This document shows, piece by piece, positions 50,047 through 59,538 of a stretch of DNA of 64,000 nucleotides. A program made the position numbers and the translations under genes. The stretch covers positions 61,359 through 125,358 of the forward strand of contig JBBRLJ010000006.1 in assembly GCA_038231435.1 (NCBI GenBank). The letters are read 5' to 3'. How positions within the stretch are numbered: the first letter of the stretch is position 1; every line of letters begins with the position of its first letter. This DNA comes from Planctomycetota bacterium. GTDB lineage: Bacteria; Planctomycetota; UBA11346. The notes under the pieces were generated by a model, which did not search any database, had not been told where the DNA came from, and saw nothing but the letters and a program-made list of their open reading frames with translations.

Positions 50047-51420
50047 CTACTCGGAGACGTTGTTCTTGGTCAAGTGCTTGAACTGGCTCTGGTCGATGAC
50101 GGTGATTCCCAGCTCGCGTGCCTGGGCCATCTGCTTCTCGGCGCCGTCGCCGACGATGAGCGCGTCAACGTCCTTGCTGACGGAACCGGTGGTCTTGCCG
50201 CCGTGATTGCTGATGTAGGACTTGATCAGGCCTTCATCGGCCTGGGTGAACTTGCCGGCCAGCGCGAAGGTGCGGCCCTCTGAGGCGGCCTTGCGCACGG
50301 CCTGGAATGCGGCCACCGACGCGAGCCGCGGCTTGAGGCGGACGAAGTCGAGCAGCTGATCCTCGCTGAGGATGCTGACGCCGAGCTTGGTCGCCTGGTC
50401 CAGCGCCTTCTCGGCGTGGGTTCCGGCCACCAGGTAGTCGGTGCCGATCGAGACGGCGGGATCGACCACGCCGCCCGAATCCTTGATGAACTCCCCGATC
50501 TCCTCCTTGCTGTAGCGCATGAAATCGCCGCGGATGGCGAAGTGCTTGATCTTGTCGGGGTCGTAGACCGGGTTGTGCAGGTGATCGCCGACGATCAGGG
50601 GATCGTTGTGGTCGGTCTCCTCGAGCACGCGCGCGGTCGAGATCGCCTCCTCGACATTGATGATCTGGACCTGGCCCTTGGTGACGGTCTTGCCGCCGCG
50701 CTTGTTGTAGATCGTGAACTTCGTGCCGTTGCGCAGGTTCTGCTTGTGGCCGCGATTGATGACCACGAAGCCGTTGGCCGACTCGCTGGCGATGATCTGG
50801 CCGTCGCTCTTGAATTCGCGGTTGGCGAGATCCTGCTCCTGCATGAGCTGGCGGACGCGGGCCTCGAGCTCGGCGATGCGGGCGTCGTTCTTGGCGTTCT
50901 CCTGTCGGTTCTCTTTCTTTTTCTGCTCGATCTGGACCGAGACCTTCTCGACGTCGTCGCGCATGGCGCGGCGGCGGTCATCCGCCTCGCGCTCGGAAGC
51001 GTACTGGCGGTCCTCCTCGCGCTCGAGCTCCTGGCGGCGGGCGCGGGCCTCGGCCATCAGGGTATTGAAGGTCGCGACCTCCTTGTTCTGGGCGTCCTCG
51101 TTGCTCTTGAGCGTGGCGCCGTTGAGGGTGACGAGGCGATCGACGTCGGCGATGTTGGTCTTCTCGGTGTCGGCGAGCTGGTCGACCTTCTCGCGGCGCT
51201 GGCGGATCTGGTCGTCGAGGGCCGGGGGCACACGCTCGATCTCGGAGACGGTCTGTTCGAGCGCCTTGTTGCGCTGTTCGAGCAGGTAGTGCTGCTCATC
51301 GAGTCCGGCGAGCTCTGCGTGGCGCCACAGCAGCAGGCCGAAGGTTGCGGCGGCAGCGAGCGCGAACACGACCAGGAGGCCGAGCAGCCAGGTCGGAGTA
51401 CCGCTGTTCACTGTGTCCAT
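50047..51420 (-). CDS. Paralogous membrane-anchored coiled-coil protein with two BRCT domains
   Basis: N-terminal TM, coiled coil, VVINRG...L..G..F.I module, BRCT1 (GG.V...VS..TDYLVAG...A.KLGV.I..E), BRCT2 (GG...SVSKD.D.LIVG...A.ELGI.VI). Confidence 0.82.
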   Translation of the reverse strand: MDTVNSGTPTWLLGLLVVFALAAAATFGLLLWRHAELAGLDEQHYLLEQRNKALEQTVSEIERVPPALDDQIRQRREKVDQLADTEKTNIADVDRLVTLNGATLKSNEDAQNKEVATFNTLMAEARARRQELEREEDRQYASEREADDRRRAMRDDVEKVSVQIEQKKKENRQENAKNDARIAELEARVRQLMQEQDLANREFKSDGQIIASESANGFVVINRGHKQNLRNGTKFTIYNKRGGKTVTKGQVQIINVEEAISTARVLEETDHNDPLIVGDHLHNPVYDPDKIKHFAIRGDFMRYSKEEIGEFIKDSGGVVDPAVSIGTDYLVAGTHAEKALDQATKLGVSILSEDQLLDFVRLKPRLASVAAFQAVRKAASEGRTFALAGKFTQADEGLIKSYISNHGGKTTGSVSKDVDALIVGDGAEKQMAQARELGITVIDQSQFKHLTKNNVSE

Positions 51421-51775
51421 GATGACCCCTTGGGCGCGGAAGTGCCGGGTCACCGTAGTCACGACGGCGGAGGCTCACAATCCGGGGCCTCCGGGGTACG
51501 GGCCCCGTGTGTGAAGCGGATGCGGCGATTCGGGTTGCGACGTGGAGAGCCCCCAACCCGCGGTCTCGACGCGGCCGCCGCGCGCGATCTTGGAGAGCCC
51601 TTAGGCAACGATCCGCGGGGGCGTGGGGAGAGCGAGCGGAAGACAGGCGCACGGTTTTCGACCACCTTTCCTGCCAAGTGGGTAATTTTACAGCAACAAA
51701 CCCCAGTTCTCATCGCGTCGTGTAAGGTGTTGACTGGTTAGACATTACGTAAGCGGCGAGCCATGCCGACGGGAC

Positions 51776-51792
51776 TTGGAGCGGAATGTGCC
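51776..51792 (+). promoter_or_regulatory. Putative sigma54 (-24/-12) promoter for amtB-PII-glnA
   Basis: TTGG-AGCGGAATGT-GC gives exact GG-N10-GC spacing about 45 nt upstream of amtB; flanks deviate from the TGGCAC-N5-TTGC consensus. Confidence 0.45.
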
Positions 51793-51836
51793 AAGAGGCA
51801 CCCATAGCCCCTCCACTCCGAACAAGGATGACGCTC

Positions 51837-53504
51837 ATGCGGCGATCACTGCTTTCCCTCTTGGCGGCCCTGGCTCTCGCCGTCGGTTCATCGGCCTGGG
51901 CCGAGGACAAGGCCCCCGATGCCACTCCAGCTCCGGCCACCGCCGCAGCCCCGGCCGCTGCGCCAGCGGATGCCGCAGCAGCAGCTCCGGCGAAAACCAT
52001 GGAAGAGCGCCTCGCGGCGGTCGAGGCGCAGGCGAAGACCGCCAGCGACTCGGTTGGCGAGCTGACGCTCAACACCGGAGACAATGCCTGGGTGCTGGTC
52101 TCGAGCGCACTGGTGCTGCTCATGACCCTCCCCGGCCTCGCCCTCTTCTACAGCGGCCTGGTGCGCAGGAAGAACGTCCTCGCCACCATGATGCAGTCGC
52201 TGACCATCGCCGCCCTGGTGTCGATCATCTGGGCGGTGGTCGGCTACTCGTTCGCGTTCGGTCCCGGGGCGACCCAGGACAAGCTCGACGACAAGGGCCA
52301 GGTGGTGAAGGACGACAAGGGCGGCACGGTGAGCGAGCCCGCCCCGTCTGCTTCGTTCTGGGGTGGAACCAGCTACCTCATGCTCGACAAGGTGCTGACC
52401 GACTCGGCGCACCAGAAGTCGACCATCGAAACCGACAAGGACGGCAAGAAGACCGCCAAGATCGATACCGATCACACGCTGATCCCCGGCCCCTACGGCG
52501 CCTACTGCACCAGCATCAACCACGGCACATTCTGCCTATTCCAGCTGATGTTCGCCATCATCACGCCCGCGCTGATCTGCGGCGCCTACGCCGAGCGCAT
52601 GAAGTTCTCGACCATGGCGATCTTCAGCTCCCTGTGGCTGATCGTGGTCTACTGCCCGCTCGCGCACATGGTGTGGGGCGAGAACGGCTACTTCAACTGG
52701 GGCTGCGGCTTCGTGAAATCGCCGGCCTTTGACTTCGCCGGCGGCACGGTGGTGCACATCTCGTCGGGCGTCGCGGCGCTGATGTGCGCGCTGTTCCTCG
52801 GCAAGCGCAAGGGCTACCCGACCACCCCGCTGCCTCCGCATTCGATCGTGCTCAGCTTCGTCGGCGCAGCCCTGCTGTGGGTCGGCTGGTTCGGCTTCAA
52901 CGCCGGCTCGGCTCTCCAGGCGGGTAGCCTCGCGGTGCTGGCCTTCGCCAACACCCACTTCGCCACCGCGGCGGCGGCGATCGGCTGGCCCCTGGCCGAG
53001 TGGATCATCCGCGGCAAGCCGACCGTGCTCGGTGGCATCTCGGGCGCGGTCGCTGGGCTCGTCGCAATCACGCCGGCCTGCGGCTTCGTGACCCCGATGG
53101 GCGCCATCGCCATCGGCTTCATCGCCGGCGCCCTGTGCTTCACCACCGCGAGCTACCTCAAGCGCGCCCTGGGTTACGACGACTCGCTCGACGCCTTCGG
53201 CGTCCACGCGGTGGGAGGGATCTGGGGCGCCATCGCGACCGGCATCTTCTTCAACGTCGACTCGAACCCCAACATCGCCCTGCTCAACGCCGACCTCTAC
53301 CGCGACATCGTGGCGGGCGAGCACGCGGTGGTCATCGGGCAGATCAAGGCGGTGGTGATCGCGATCCTCATGTCGGTGATCGGCACCTCGATCATCCTGG
53401 CGATCCTGAAGTACAGCATCGGCCTGCGCGTCACCGCCGAACAGGAGAGCGAAGGCCTCGATATCAGCCAGCATGGCGAAGAGGGCTACACCGAAGCGGC
53501 GTGA
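51837..53504 (+). CDS. amtB: Ammonium transporter
   Basis: W.L.S..LV.LM..PGLALFY.G, FQ.MFAIITP, DFAGG.VVH, LW.GWFGFN.GS, GLVAITP, DDSLDAFGVH, GLD.S.HGE. Confidence 0.97.
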   Translation: MRRSLLSLLAALALAVGSSAWAEDKAPDATPAPATAAAPAAAPADAAAAAPAKTMEERLAAVEAQAKTASDSVGELTLNTGDNAWVLVSSALVLLMTLPGLALFYSGLVRRKNVLATMMQSLTIAALVSIIWAVVGYSFAFGPGATQDKLDDKGQVVKDDKGGTVSEPAPSASFWGGTSYLMLDKVLTDSAHQKSTIETDKDGKKTAKIDTDHTLIPGPYGAYCTSINHGTFCLFQLMFAIITPALICGAYAERMKFSTMAIFSSLWLIVVYCPLAHMVWGENGYFNWGCGFVKSPAFDFAGGTVVHISSGVAALMCALFLGKRKGYPTTPLPPHSIVLSFVGAALLWVGWFGFNAGSALQAGSLAVLAFANTHFATAAAAIGWPLAEWIIRGKPTVLGGISGAVAGLVAITPACGFVTPMGAIAIGFIAGALCFTTASYLKRALGYDDSLDAFGVHAVGGIWGAIATGIFFNVDSNPNIALLNADLYRDIVAGEHAVVIGQIKAVVIAILMSVIGTSIILAILKYSIGLRVTAEQESEGLDISQHGEEGYTEAA

Positions 53505-53510
53505 GTCCAA

Positions 53511-53542
53511 CCGGGCGGGAGCCCCCCGTGGTTCCCGCCCGG
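53511..53542 (+). terminator. GC-rich hairpin between amtB and the PII gene
   Basis: CCGGGCGGGA/TCCCGCCCGG stem with a weak U-tract; could instead be an mRNA-stability element. Confidence 0.45.
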
Positions 53543-53604
53543 CGATTGTTTAGCATGCGTTCCCACCCACCCTACTCTCACCTGCCCAATCCAAAGGAAT
53601 CCCC

Positions 53605-53952
53605 ATGAAGATGATCGAGGCCATCATCCAGCCCTCAAAGCTGGAGGCCGTCAAGGAAGCGCTCAACGAGGTCGAGGTCGTGCGCCTCACTATCAGCGAT
53701 GTCCAGGGCTTCGGCCGCCAGAAAGGCCATACCGAGATCTACCGCGGCCACGAATACACCGTCAACCTGCTGCGGAAAGTGAAGCTGCAGATCGCGGTGA
53801 ACAACGAGTTCGTCGAGCCGACGGTCCAAGCCATCATCAAGGCCGGACGCACCGGTGACGAAGGCAAGGTCGGCGACGGCAAGATCTTCATCATGCCGCT
53901 CGACGACTGCATCCGCATCCGCACCGGCGAGCGCGGCCCAGAAGCGATCTGA
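53605..53952 (+). CDS. glnK: Nitrogen regulatory protein P-II (GlnB/GlnK)
   Basis: MK.IEAII.P.KL, G.GRQKG.TE.YRG.EY, TG...GDGKIF, RIRTGE; adjacent to amtB. Confidence 0.93.
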   Translation: MKMIEAIIQPSKLEAVKEALNEVEVVRLTISDVQGFGRQKGHTEIYRGHEYTVNLLRKVKLQIAVNNEFVEPTVQAIIKAGRTGDEGKVGDGKIFIMPLDDCIRIRTGERGPEAI

Positions 53953-54162
53953 CGGCACCCTCGCGGCTGTGGTCCATGTGGACCCGCCCCCGCATCAGCG
54001 GAGGCGGACCAGGCCGCGAGGGAGTTTTCGACATCTGCTTCGCCGATCGACAGCAAGGCCATTGCCCGGACGTAGGTGCCCACTAGCGTCCGGGCTCTTT
54101 CGATAACCCCCACGAACCCTGGCGGCCGAATCGCCGTCTCTCACCGCATATCAGGAGTTGCA

Positions 54163-55572
54163 ATGAGCGTTGAAAAAGCACTGCAGATGGCAAAGGATCA
54201 CGGCGCCAAGTACGTCGACATCATGTTCGGCGACATGTTCGGGACGCTGCAGCATTTCACCATCGTCGCCCGTCGCCTCGAGGCGCAGCTGTTCGAGGAC
54301 GGTCTCCCGTTCGACGGCTCGTCGATCCGCGGCTGGCAGGGCATCGAGAAGTCGGACATGAACATCAAGCCGGATCCGGCCACGGTGTTCATCGATCCGT
54401 TCCGCGAGCAGCCGACGATCTGCTTCTTCGGCGACGTCTACGATCCGCGCACCGGCCAGCGTTACGGCCGCGATCCCCGCTCGATCGCGCACAAGGCCCT
54501 CGCCTACCTCAAGTCGACCGGCATCGGCGACATGGCGTACTTCGGTCCCGAGCCCGAGTTCTTCATCTTCGATTCGGTGCGCTACTCGTCGAGCCCGCAG
54601 GAATCCTTCTACTACATCGATTCCTCGGAAGCTCCGTGGACGATGGGTCGCGACGACGGCATCAATCTCGCACACAAGATCCGCCACAAGCAGGGTTACT
54701 TCCCGGCCACGCCGGCCGACACGTTGATGGACATCCGCAGCGAGATCACCACCAACATGCAGACCATGGGCATGGAAGTGGATCTCCACCACCACGAGGT
54801 GGCGTCACCCGGCCAGTGCGAGATCGGCATCAAGTACGGCAGCGCGGTCACCGCCGGCGATCTCGTGCACATGTACAAGTACGCGTGCAAGAACACCGCC
54901 TTCCAGCACGGCAAGACCGCGACGTTCATGCCCAAGCCGATGTTCTTCGATAACGGCAGCGGCATGCACAACCACATGTCGATCTGGAAGGGCAACAAGA
55001 ACATGTTCGCGGGCAACGTGTACACGAAGCTGTCGCAGGAGGCCTTGTGGGCCATCGGCGGCATCCTCAAGCACGGCCGCTCGATCCAGGCGTTCACCAA
55101 CCCGTCGGCGAACAGCTACCGCCGCCTGGTTCCGGGTTACGAGGCTCCGGTGAACCTGGCCTACAGCGCGAACAACCGTTCCGCCTCGATCCGCATCCCG
55201 CATGTCCAGGGGGACAAGGCGCGACGCTTCGAGTTCCGCTGCCCCGACGCCTCGGGCAGCCCGTACCTGGTGACCGCGGCCATCCTCATGGCCGCCATCG
55301 ATGGCATCAAGAATCAGATCGATCCGGGCAAGCCGATGGACAAGAACATCTACGACCTGCCGCCCGAGGAGCTGGCCACCATCCCCTCGACCTGCAAGAG
55401 CCTCGAGGAGGCGCTGAACGAGATGGAAGCCGACAAGGCCTGGCTCACCGCGGGCGACGTGTTCTCGGATGAAATGATCGAAGCCTACGTCGCCCACAAG
55501 CGCGAGGCCGAGGTCGAGCCGCTGAAGCTGCGTCCGAACCCGTACGAGTTTTACCTCTACTACGACGCCTGA
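54163..55572 (+). CDS. glnA: Glutamine synthetase type I
   Basis: FDGSSIRG, FGPE.EFF, HHEVA, ATFMPKP..DNGSGMH, RLVPGYEAP, NRSA.IRIP, KNIYDL adenylylation site; AGGAG RBS. Confidence 0.97.
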   Translation: MSVEKALQMAKDHGAKYVDIMFGDMFGTLQHFTIVARRLEAQLFEDGLPFDGSSIRGWQGIEKSDMNIKPDPATVFIDPFREQPTICFFGDVYDPRTGQRYGRDPRSIAHKALAYLKSTGIGDMAYFGPEPEFFIFDSVRYSSSPQESFYYIDSSEAPWTMGRDDGINLAHKIRHKQGYFPATPADTLMDIRSEITTNMQTMGMEVDLHHHEVASPGQCEIGIKYGSAVTAGDLVHMYKYACKNTAFQHGKTATFMPKPMFFDNGSGMHNHMSIWKGNKNMFAGNVYTKLSQEALWAIGGILKHGRSIQAFTNPSANSYRRLVPGYEAPVNLAYSANNRSASIRIPHVQGDKARRFEFRCPDASGSPYLVTAAILMAAIDGIKNQIDPGKPMDKNIYDLPPEELATIPSTCKSLEEALNEMEADKAWLTAGDVFSDEMIEAYVAHKREAEVEPLKLRPNPYEFYLYYDA

Positions 55573-55586
55573 GCCTGCGGCAGGAG

Positions 55587-55616
55587 CGAAACCCCGGTGA
55601 AAGCCGGGGTTTTTCG
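55587..55616 (+). terminator. Rho-independent terminator of glnA
   Basis: AAACCCCGG-TGAAAG-CCGGGGTTTTT. Confidence 0.85.
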
Positions 55617-55943
55617 TTGGTATTCGTCATTGTCGCGGGCTCGCGGTGGCAACTCCGTGGCAACAAAGGCCCGGAATTGACATCGTTTTCACCGTTTGCG
55701 ATTCCCTCCCATTCCCGTTTTTAGGATTAACGGCGCCAGCGTGGAGAGACGGAGGGAGCGGCGGTGGGCTGCTGGAACCCGGCTCCCCCCACCCATTCAC
55801 CAGCGCCAATCCATCACTATCCACCACTACGCCCCGTCAAAGATTCGCAGCGAGCGGCCATGAGCTTCCCAGGCGCATTCGAGACCCAGCGGGAACCGGA
55901 CCATTACGATGCAACGGCCAGTAGGGGTTTGGTCGGGAACCGC

Positions 55944-56213
55944 CTACTCCTTCGGGGGCGGGTTCGCCTGCTCCGCCATCCGCTCGGATAGGACGCGCCT
56001 CAGCACGGCGAGCGCGTCGACCTTCCGGCGGTGTGCACCCCCAGCGATGCACTGAGCGTGCAACCGGCGCAGGGGCATCGCCTGGTTGGCGTTTGCGGCG
56101 AGGCGAGCACGAGCGATGACGGCCAGTTGCTCGTCGGTGGTCGGCGTCGGTCTCTTCGGGCGGCCACCACTGAGACTCGCGAGCGCATCACGGAGGGCTT
56201 TCAGGTGCGACAT
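55944..56213 (-). CDS. Small hypothetical element protein
   Basis: AGGAG RBS 6 nt before MSHLKAL; 89 aa; downstream of the putative ori. Confidence 0.55.
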   Translation of the reverse strand: MSHLKALRDALASLSGGRPKRPTPTTDEQLAVIARARLAANANQAMPLRRLHAQCIAGGAHRRKVDALAVLRRVLSERMAEQANPPPKE

Positions 56214-56245
56214 GGGGAACTCCTGGTTCGGGGTGAGAGCGAGAC

Positions 56246-56534
56246 GGTCCACTTGCGGTCAACCTGCGGTCCGAGTTCTCGACCCTGAGCCTGCCGCCAG
56301 AAGCGGGCTTCTGACATGGGGTTGAGTCGTCCGGTGAGTCTTGGTCCACTTGGTCCGACAAAAAAGGCCCACTCTCCACCCCAGGCATTTATTTAAGCCC
56401 TTCCATCCAGAGGTCTCTCTAGAGGTCTCTATGAGAGTGAATATATATGACATAGTGGACCAAGTGGACCGCATCGGTTTTTACCGATGATTCGTAGCGA
56501 TTTGACAGTGGACCGGGTTGGGACCAAGTGGACC
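56246..56534. repeat. Iteron-like repeats, putative replication origin of the element
   Basis: GGACCAAGTGGACC at 56457-70 and 56521-34, inverted at 56343-56, partial copies at 56246-55 and 56507-14; AGAGGTCTCT x2; AT-rich core. Confidence 0.75.
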
Positions 56535-56556
56535 GCCGGCACCTGAGGACTGCGGG

Positions 56557-58119
56557 TCATGCACCACCGGTACCTTCGCTGGCTGTCGCTGGATCCCCAC
56601 GGCGGCCATCGCCAGGGCGCAGGTAGAGCCAGGGCCGCTTGCCGCTGACGCTCGGCCTGTGCTTGATGAATCCCTCCTGGGTCAGGCGCTGCTTGAACGT
56701 TTGGCCGCCCATTACCTGTTCGCTGTTCGCGTAGCACCAGCAGGCGTAGCGGGCGCGCATGTCTTCGTAGGGGTGCCCGATCCCGGGCGAGTAGTCGGGG
56801 ACGGTGGTCGACGGACTGTTGCGAGGTTCCCATACCAGACGCCTCCACGGCTCGTTTTCCAACCACATGGACACGGTGTCCTGATACCGCAATGACGCCT
56901 GGGCCGCGCGCAGCTCATCGAGAAAGCCGAGGATCGGGCAGGGATCTTTCTCGCTCACTGCCGTCCAGAGCATGCTGTAATCGATGCCGTTAAGGGCCTC
57001 TCGGTCTGTGAGTGGAAGGGACTCGATCTCGAAGAAGCGTCGGGCGCCGGTCGTGTCGCGGATCATAGTGCTGATGGACTTGTTGCTGGTGCCGATGAAC
57101 GACATGCTCCTCACGGCTAGTGCCGTTAAATTGGTACCCATCGGCCGGTATGAGCGCGTCGTGCAACTGATCGTGTTTTTCAGTGCCTCGACATCTCCGC
57201 GATCAGCGCCCTCCATCTCATCCCAAATTCCGACAAAAAAGGTCTCAAGCTCCGGCGTGCGGCGACCATCCGTTAACGTCTCTACATTCACCGATGTCAC
57301 TAATTCGAGGAGGGGACCGCAGAGCAATTGAACCGCTGTCGACTTACCGGAGCCCTGTTCGCCTATGATAACAGGCATGATGTCGTGCTCCCGAGGGAGT
57401 CCGACAAGTGAGCGTTTCACATTCCATATCCAATGCCGCAGGACGGCCAACTGAATGGGACTCTCGATTCCCGTGAGGGCCGTGAGGAACGCAATTAACA
57501 GGTGGCGCCCAGTGCCGGAGCTTGGCTTTCCCGTGAGCATCTCGACGAGCGCCCGCAGGCGAGCATCACGCTGGCGACGGGCGAGGACTTCGATGGTCTC
57601 AACGACGCGCTCGGTTTTCACGTCCTGATTCTCACGATAGCTGAAGGCGAAGTCTTGTGCGAGAGAGCGCGCCGTGACCTTTGGCATCGCCTTCCATGTC
57701 TTGGCGTCGGAGAATTGCAGAGCGGCATTCACTACGACGCGGCGCTGGTTGTTCATGTAGTGAATCAGCTTCTCGACAAGTTCGCGGTGCGGGATGTTGC
57801 CAGCTTGCCCTCCGCGACTCTTGGCCTTCTGCTTCATCTCAGCTTTGAGCGCCGCATTGTAGCGCTTTTGGAACTCGACCAAGCCGGGCACCTGCCAGAG
57901 ATCGATCTCCCAATTCTGGCGAGCCGCCTCCTCCATGGAGGCAGGGATCACGATGTAGGAGAGCAGGAGCTTGGCGGCCTGAGCGGGGACAGGTTCCGAG
58001 CGGATGCGCTTCAGCAGATCATCAGCCATTGGCAGTGGATCGGCCGCAGCCAGACGAGCCAACTCGCTTCGCTCATGGTCGTACATCGCGGCATTGAGAT
58101 CGTCAGACATGAGATTCAT
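56557..58119 (-). CDS. VapE (virulence-associated E) family P-loop ATPase / SF3-like replicative helicase
   Basis: GEQGSGKST Walker A, IWDEME Walker B, YRP.G, FIGTSN, D.TG.RRF; winged-helix-like C-terminus; alternative start 58110. Confidence 0.88.
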   Translation of the reverse strand: MNLMSDDLNAAMYDHERSELARLAAADPLPMADDLLKRIRSEPVPAQAAKLLLSYIVIPASMEEAARQNWEIDLWQVPGLVEFQKRYNAALKAEMKQKAKSRGGQAGNIPHRELVEKLIHYMNNQRRVVVNAALQFSDAKTWKAMPKVTARSLAQDFAFSYRENQDVKTERVVETIEVLARRQRDARLRALVEMLTGKPSSGTGRHLLIAFLTALTGIESPIQLAVLRHWIWNVKRSLVGLPREHDIMPVIIGEQGSGKSTAVQLLCGPLLELVTSVNVETLTDGRRTPELETFFVGIWDEMEGADRGDVEALKNTISCTTRSYRPMGTNLTALAVRSMSFIGTSNKSISTMIRDTTGARRFFEIESLPLTDREALNGIDYSMLWTAVSEKDPCPILGFLDELRAAQASLRYQDTVSMWLENEPWRRLVWEPRNSPSTTVPDYSPGIGHPYEDMRARYACWCYANSEQVMGGQTFKQRLTQEGFIKHRPSVSGKRPWLYLRPGDGRRGDPATASEGTGGA

Positions 58120-59158
58120 TCCTTAGCTTGAAGCCGATCGGATGACGCCGGTAACGCTCAGCTGAGCGAACCTTTTGGAGAAGCTCTTTGTGTGACCACG
58201 CCGGATCGCAGCGATGATTCCATGATTCCAGCAACGGCAGGAACTGCTCGGCGGTCAGGCCGAAGTCACCGCCAGCGGTCGCAGCACGGAACGTCTGGCC
58301 GTCTCCGCCCTCACCTTGACGGCCCCCAGGGATGCGCGCGAGGTATCGGCGACACTGCTCGACGGCATCGAGATGCCCGTGGCGTTCACGCCACTGAGTT
58401 AGCCGGCGCTCAGCGGCGACGGCCTCGGCGCCGACACGGGCGCGGTGGAGAGCATCGGCCGCCTGCCAGCGTGCGAGCAGTGAGACCAAGACGTCATTGG
58501 TGACCAGATCGACCGACTCAGCCGCTCGCTCCGTGAGGTCAGGCCACACCAGCCGGCCACCATCAGCGGCGGGAGGACGGCCAGGGAAAGGCAGGGCGAG
58601 CGAACTCCCGAGCGTGACGCCCCCGGCCTGCTTCGGGAACGCCTCGATGACCGCCTTCGGGATGCGCTTCACGGTCGCGGCGGCCAGCATCTTGGCGGTC
58701 CAGTGAGCGAACCCGGCGGGCTGCTCGTTGGCGAAGATGACCCACACGTGCCAGCCGCGCCCTCCATGGGATCGTTCGAGCACTGGGCAGAGCCCGGCGC
58801 GCTCGGCAATCTGATAGGCGGCGATGGCCACAGCGAGGGCGGCATCGCCATCCTGGCAGTCTCCATGAGAGTCGATGTCGAGCGCGATCCATCCGCAGAC
58901 ATCACCACGAAGAGCGAAGGTATGGATAGCTACGCCTCGACTCTCCAACCACGATGTTCCGTCCAGGCGGATAGCCCGGCGAGGTGGGATTTTCCCGGCG
59001 AGATGAGCAGCGATGAGCTGATCACGGTCGGCGCTGTCGAGTACGGGTGATGGGGCGATGAATTTCCGGCCGTCGCGCGTAGCCTGTTTCGGGATTTGCA
59101 GGCCAACGTGCGCGGGCGCCTCACCGAGAAGATGGAGCAGAAGCTGGGGGCGGTTCAC
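58103..59158 (-). CDS. Archaeo-eukaryotic primase (AEP) family primase-polymerase with C-terminal PriCT-like helical domain
   Basis: WIALDID (motif I), LERS.GGRG.HVW (motif II), EAFPKQ....G..LALP; C-terminal G.GG....F.A....G....L..WN..C.P.W...EL..K..SA; GTG overlaps the upstream stop (GTGA). Confidence 0.85.
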   Translation of the reverse strand: MNRPQLLLHLLGEAPAHVGLQIPKQATRDGRKFIAPSPVLDSADRDQLIAAHLAGKIPPRRAIRLDGTSWLESRGVAIHTFALRGDVCGWIALDIDSHGDCQDGDAALAVAIAAYQIAERAGLCPVLERSHGGRGWHVWVIFANEQPAGFAHWTAKMLAAATVKRIPKAVIEAFPKQAGGVTLGSSLALPFPGRPPAADGGRLVWPDLTERAAESVDLVTNDVLVSLLARWQAADALHRARVGAEAVAAERRLTQWRERHGHLDAVEQCRRYLARIPGGRQGEGGDGQTFRAATAGGDFGLTAEQFLPLLESWNHRCDPAWSHKELLQKVRSAERYRRHPIGFKLRNESHV

Positions 59159-59538
59159 GGCCGGCACCATCCCAGCGCGCGCGCATTGTACGGCAAATTC
59201 TGGAGGCCACGCGTGATCATCATCCGATCCTGACTGTTCGGGATCACCAGCCGAGACGGCACCTCCGCCTCGGGCCACGCGTCCACCGACAGAAATGGGC
59301 CGCCGAATTCGCCGTGGAAAAAATCTTGGCCAGGAAAGAGCGGGCCGCCCTGGGTGCCGAAGACGGTGCCGTCGCTCTCGATCTTAACGACGTAGATCGA
59401 GTGCGTAATGATGGTCCCGACCGGCAGTATGCAGAGATTTCCGTCAGGAAACCGCTCTACGAGCAGGCCGCCATCGTCTGCGGCTTCAGCGTCATGGCTT
59501 GAATCACCGGTGAATTGAGTAAGATCTTCTGCGGACAT
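59155..59538 (-). CDS. Hypothetical element protein
   Basis: 127-aa ORF coupled to the primase by a GTGA overlap. Confidence 0.6.
   Translation of the reverse strand: MSAEDLTQFTGDSSHDAEAADDGGLLVERFPDGNLCILPVGTIITHSIYVVKIESDGTVFGTQGGPLFPGQDFFHGEFGGPFLSVDAWPEAEVPSRLVIPNSQDRMMITRGLQNLPYNARALGWCRP

Noticed and set aside
51785..51805. 'VPRGT' translation suggesting a third parS
   Set aside because: The DNA (GTGCCAAGAGGCAC) does not match the parS consensus
56246..56534. Repeats as a CRISPR array
   Set aside because: Repeats are 14 bp, in mixed orientation and irregularly spaced, with no cas genes
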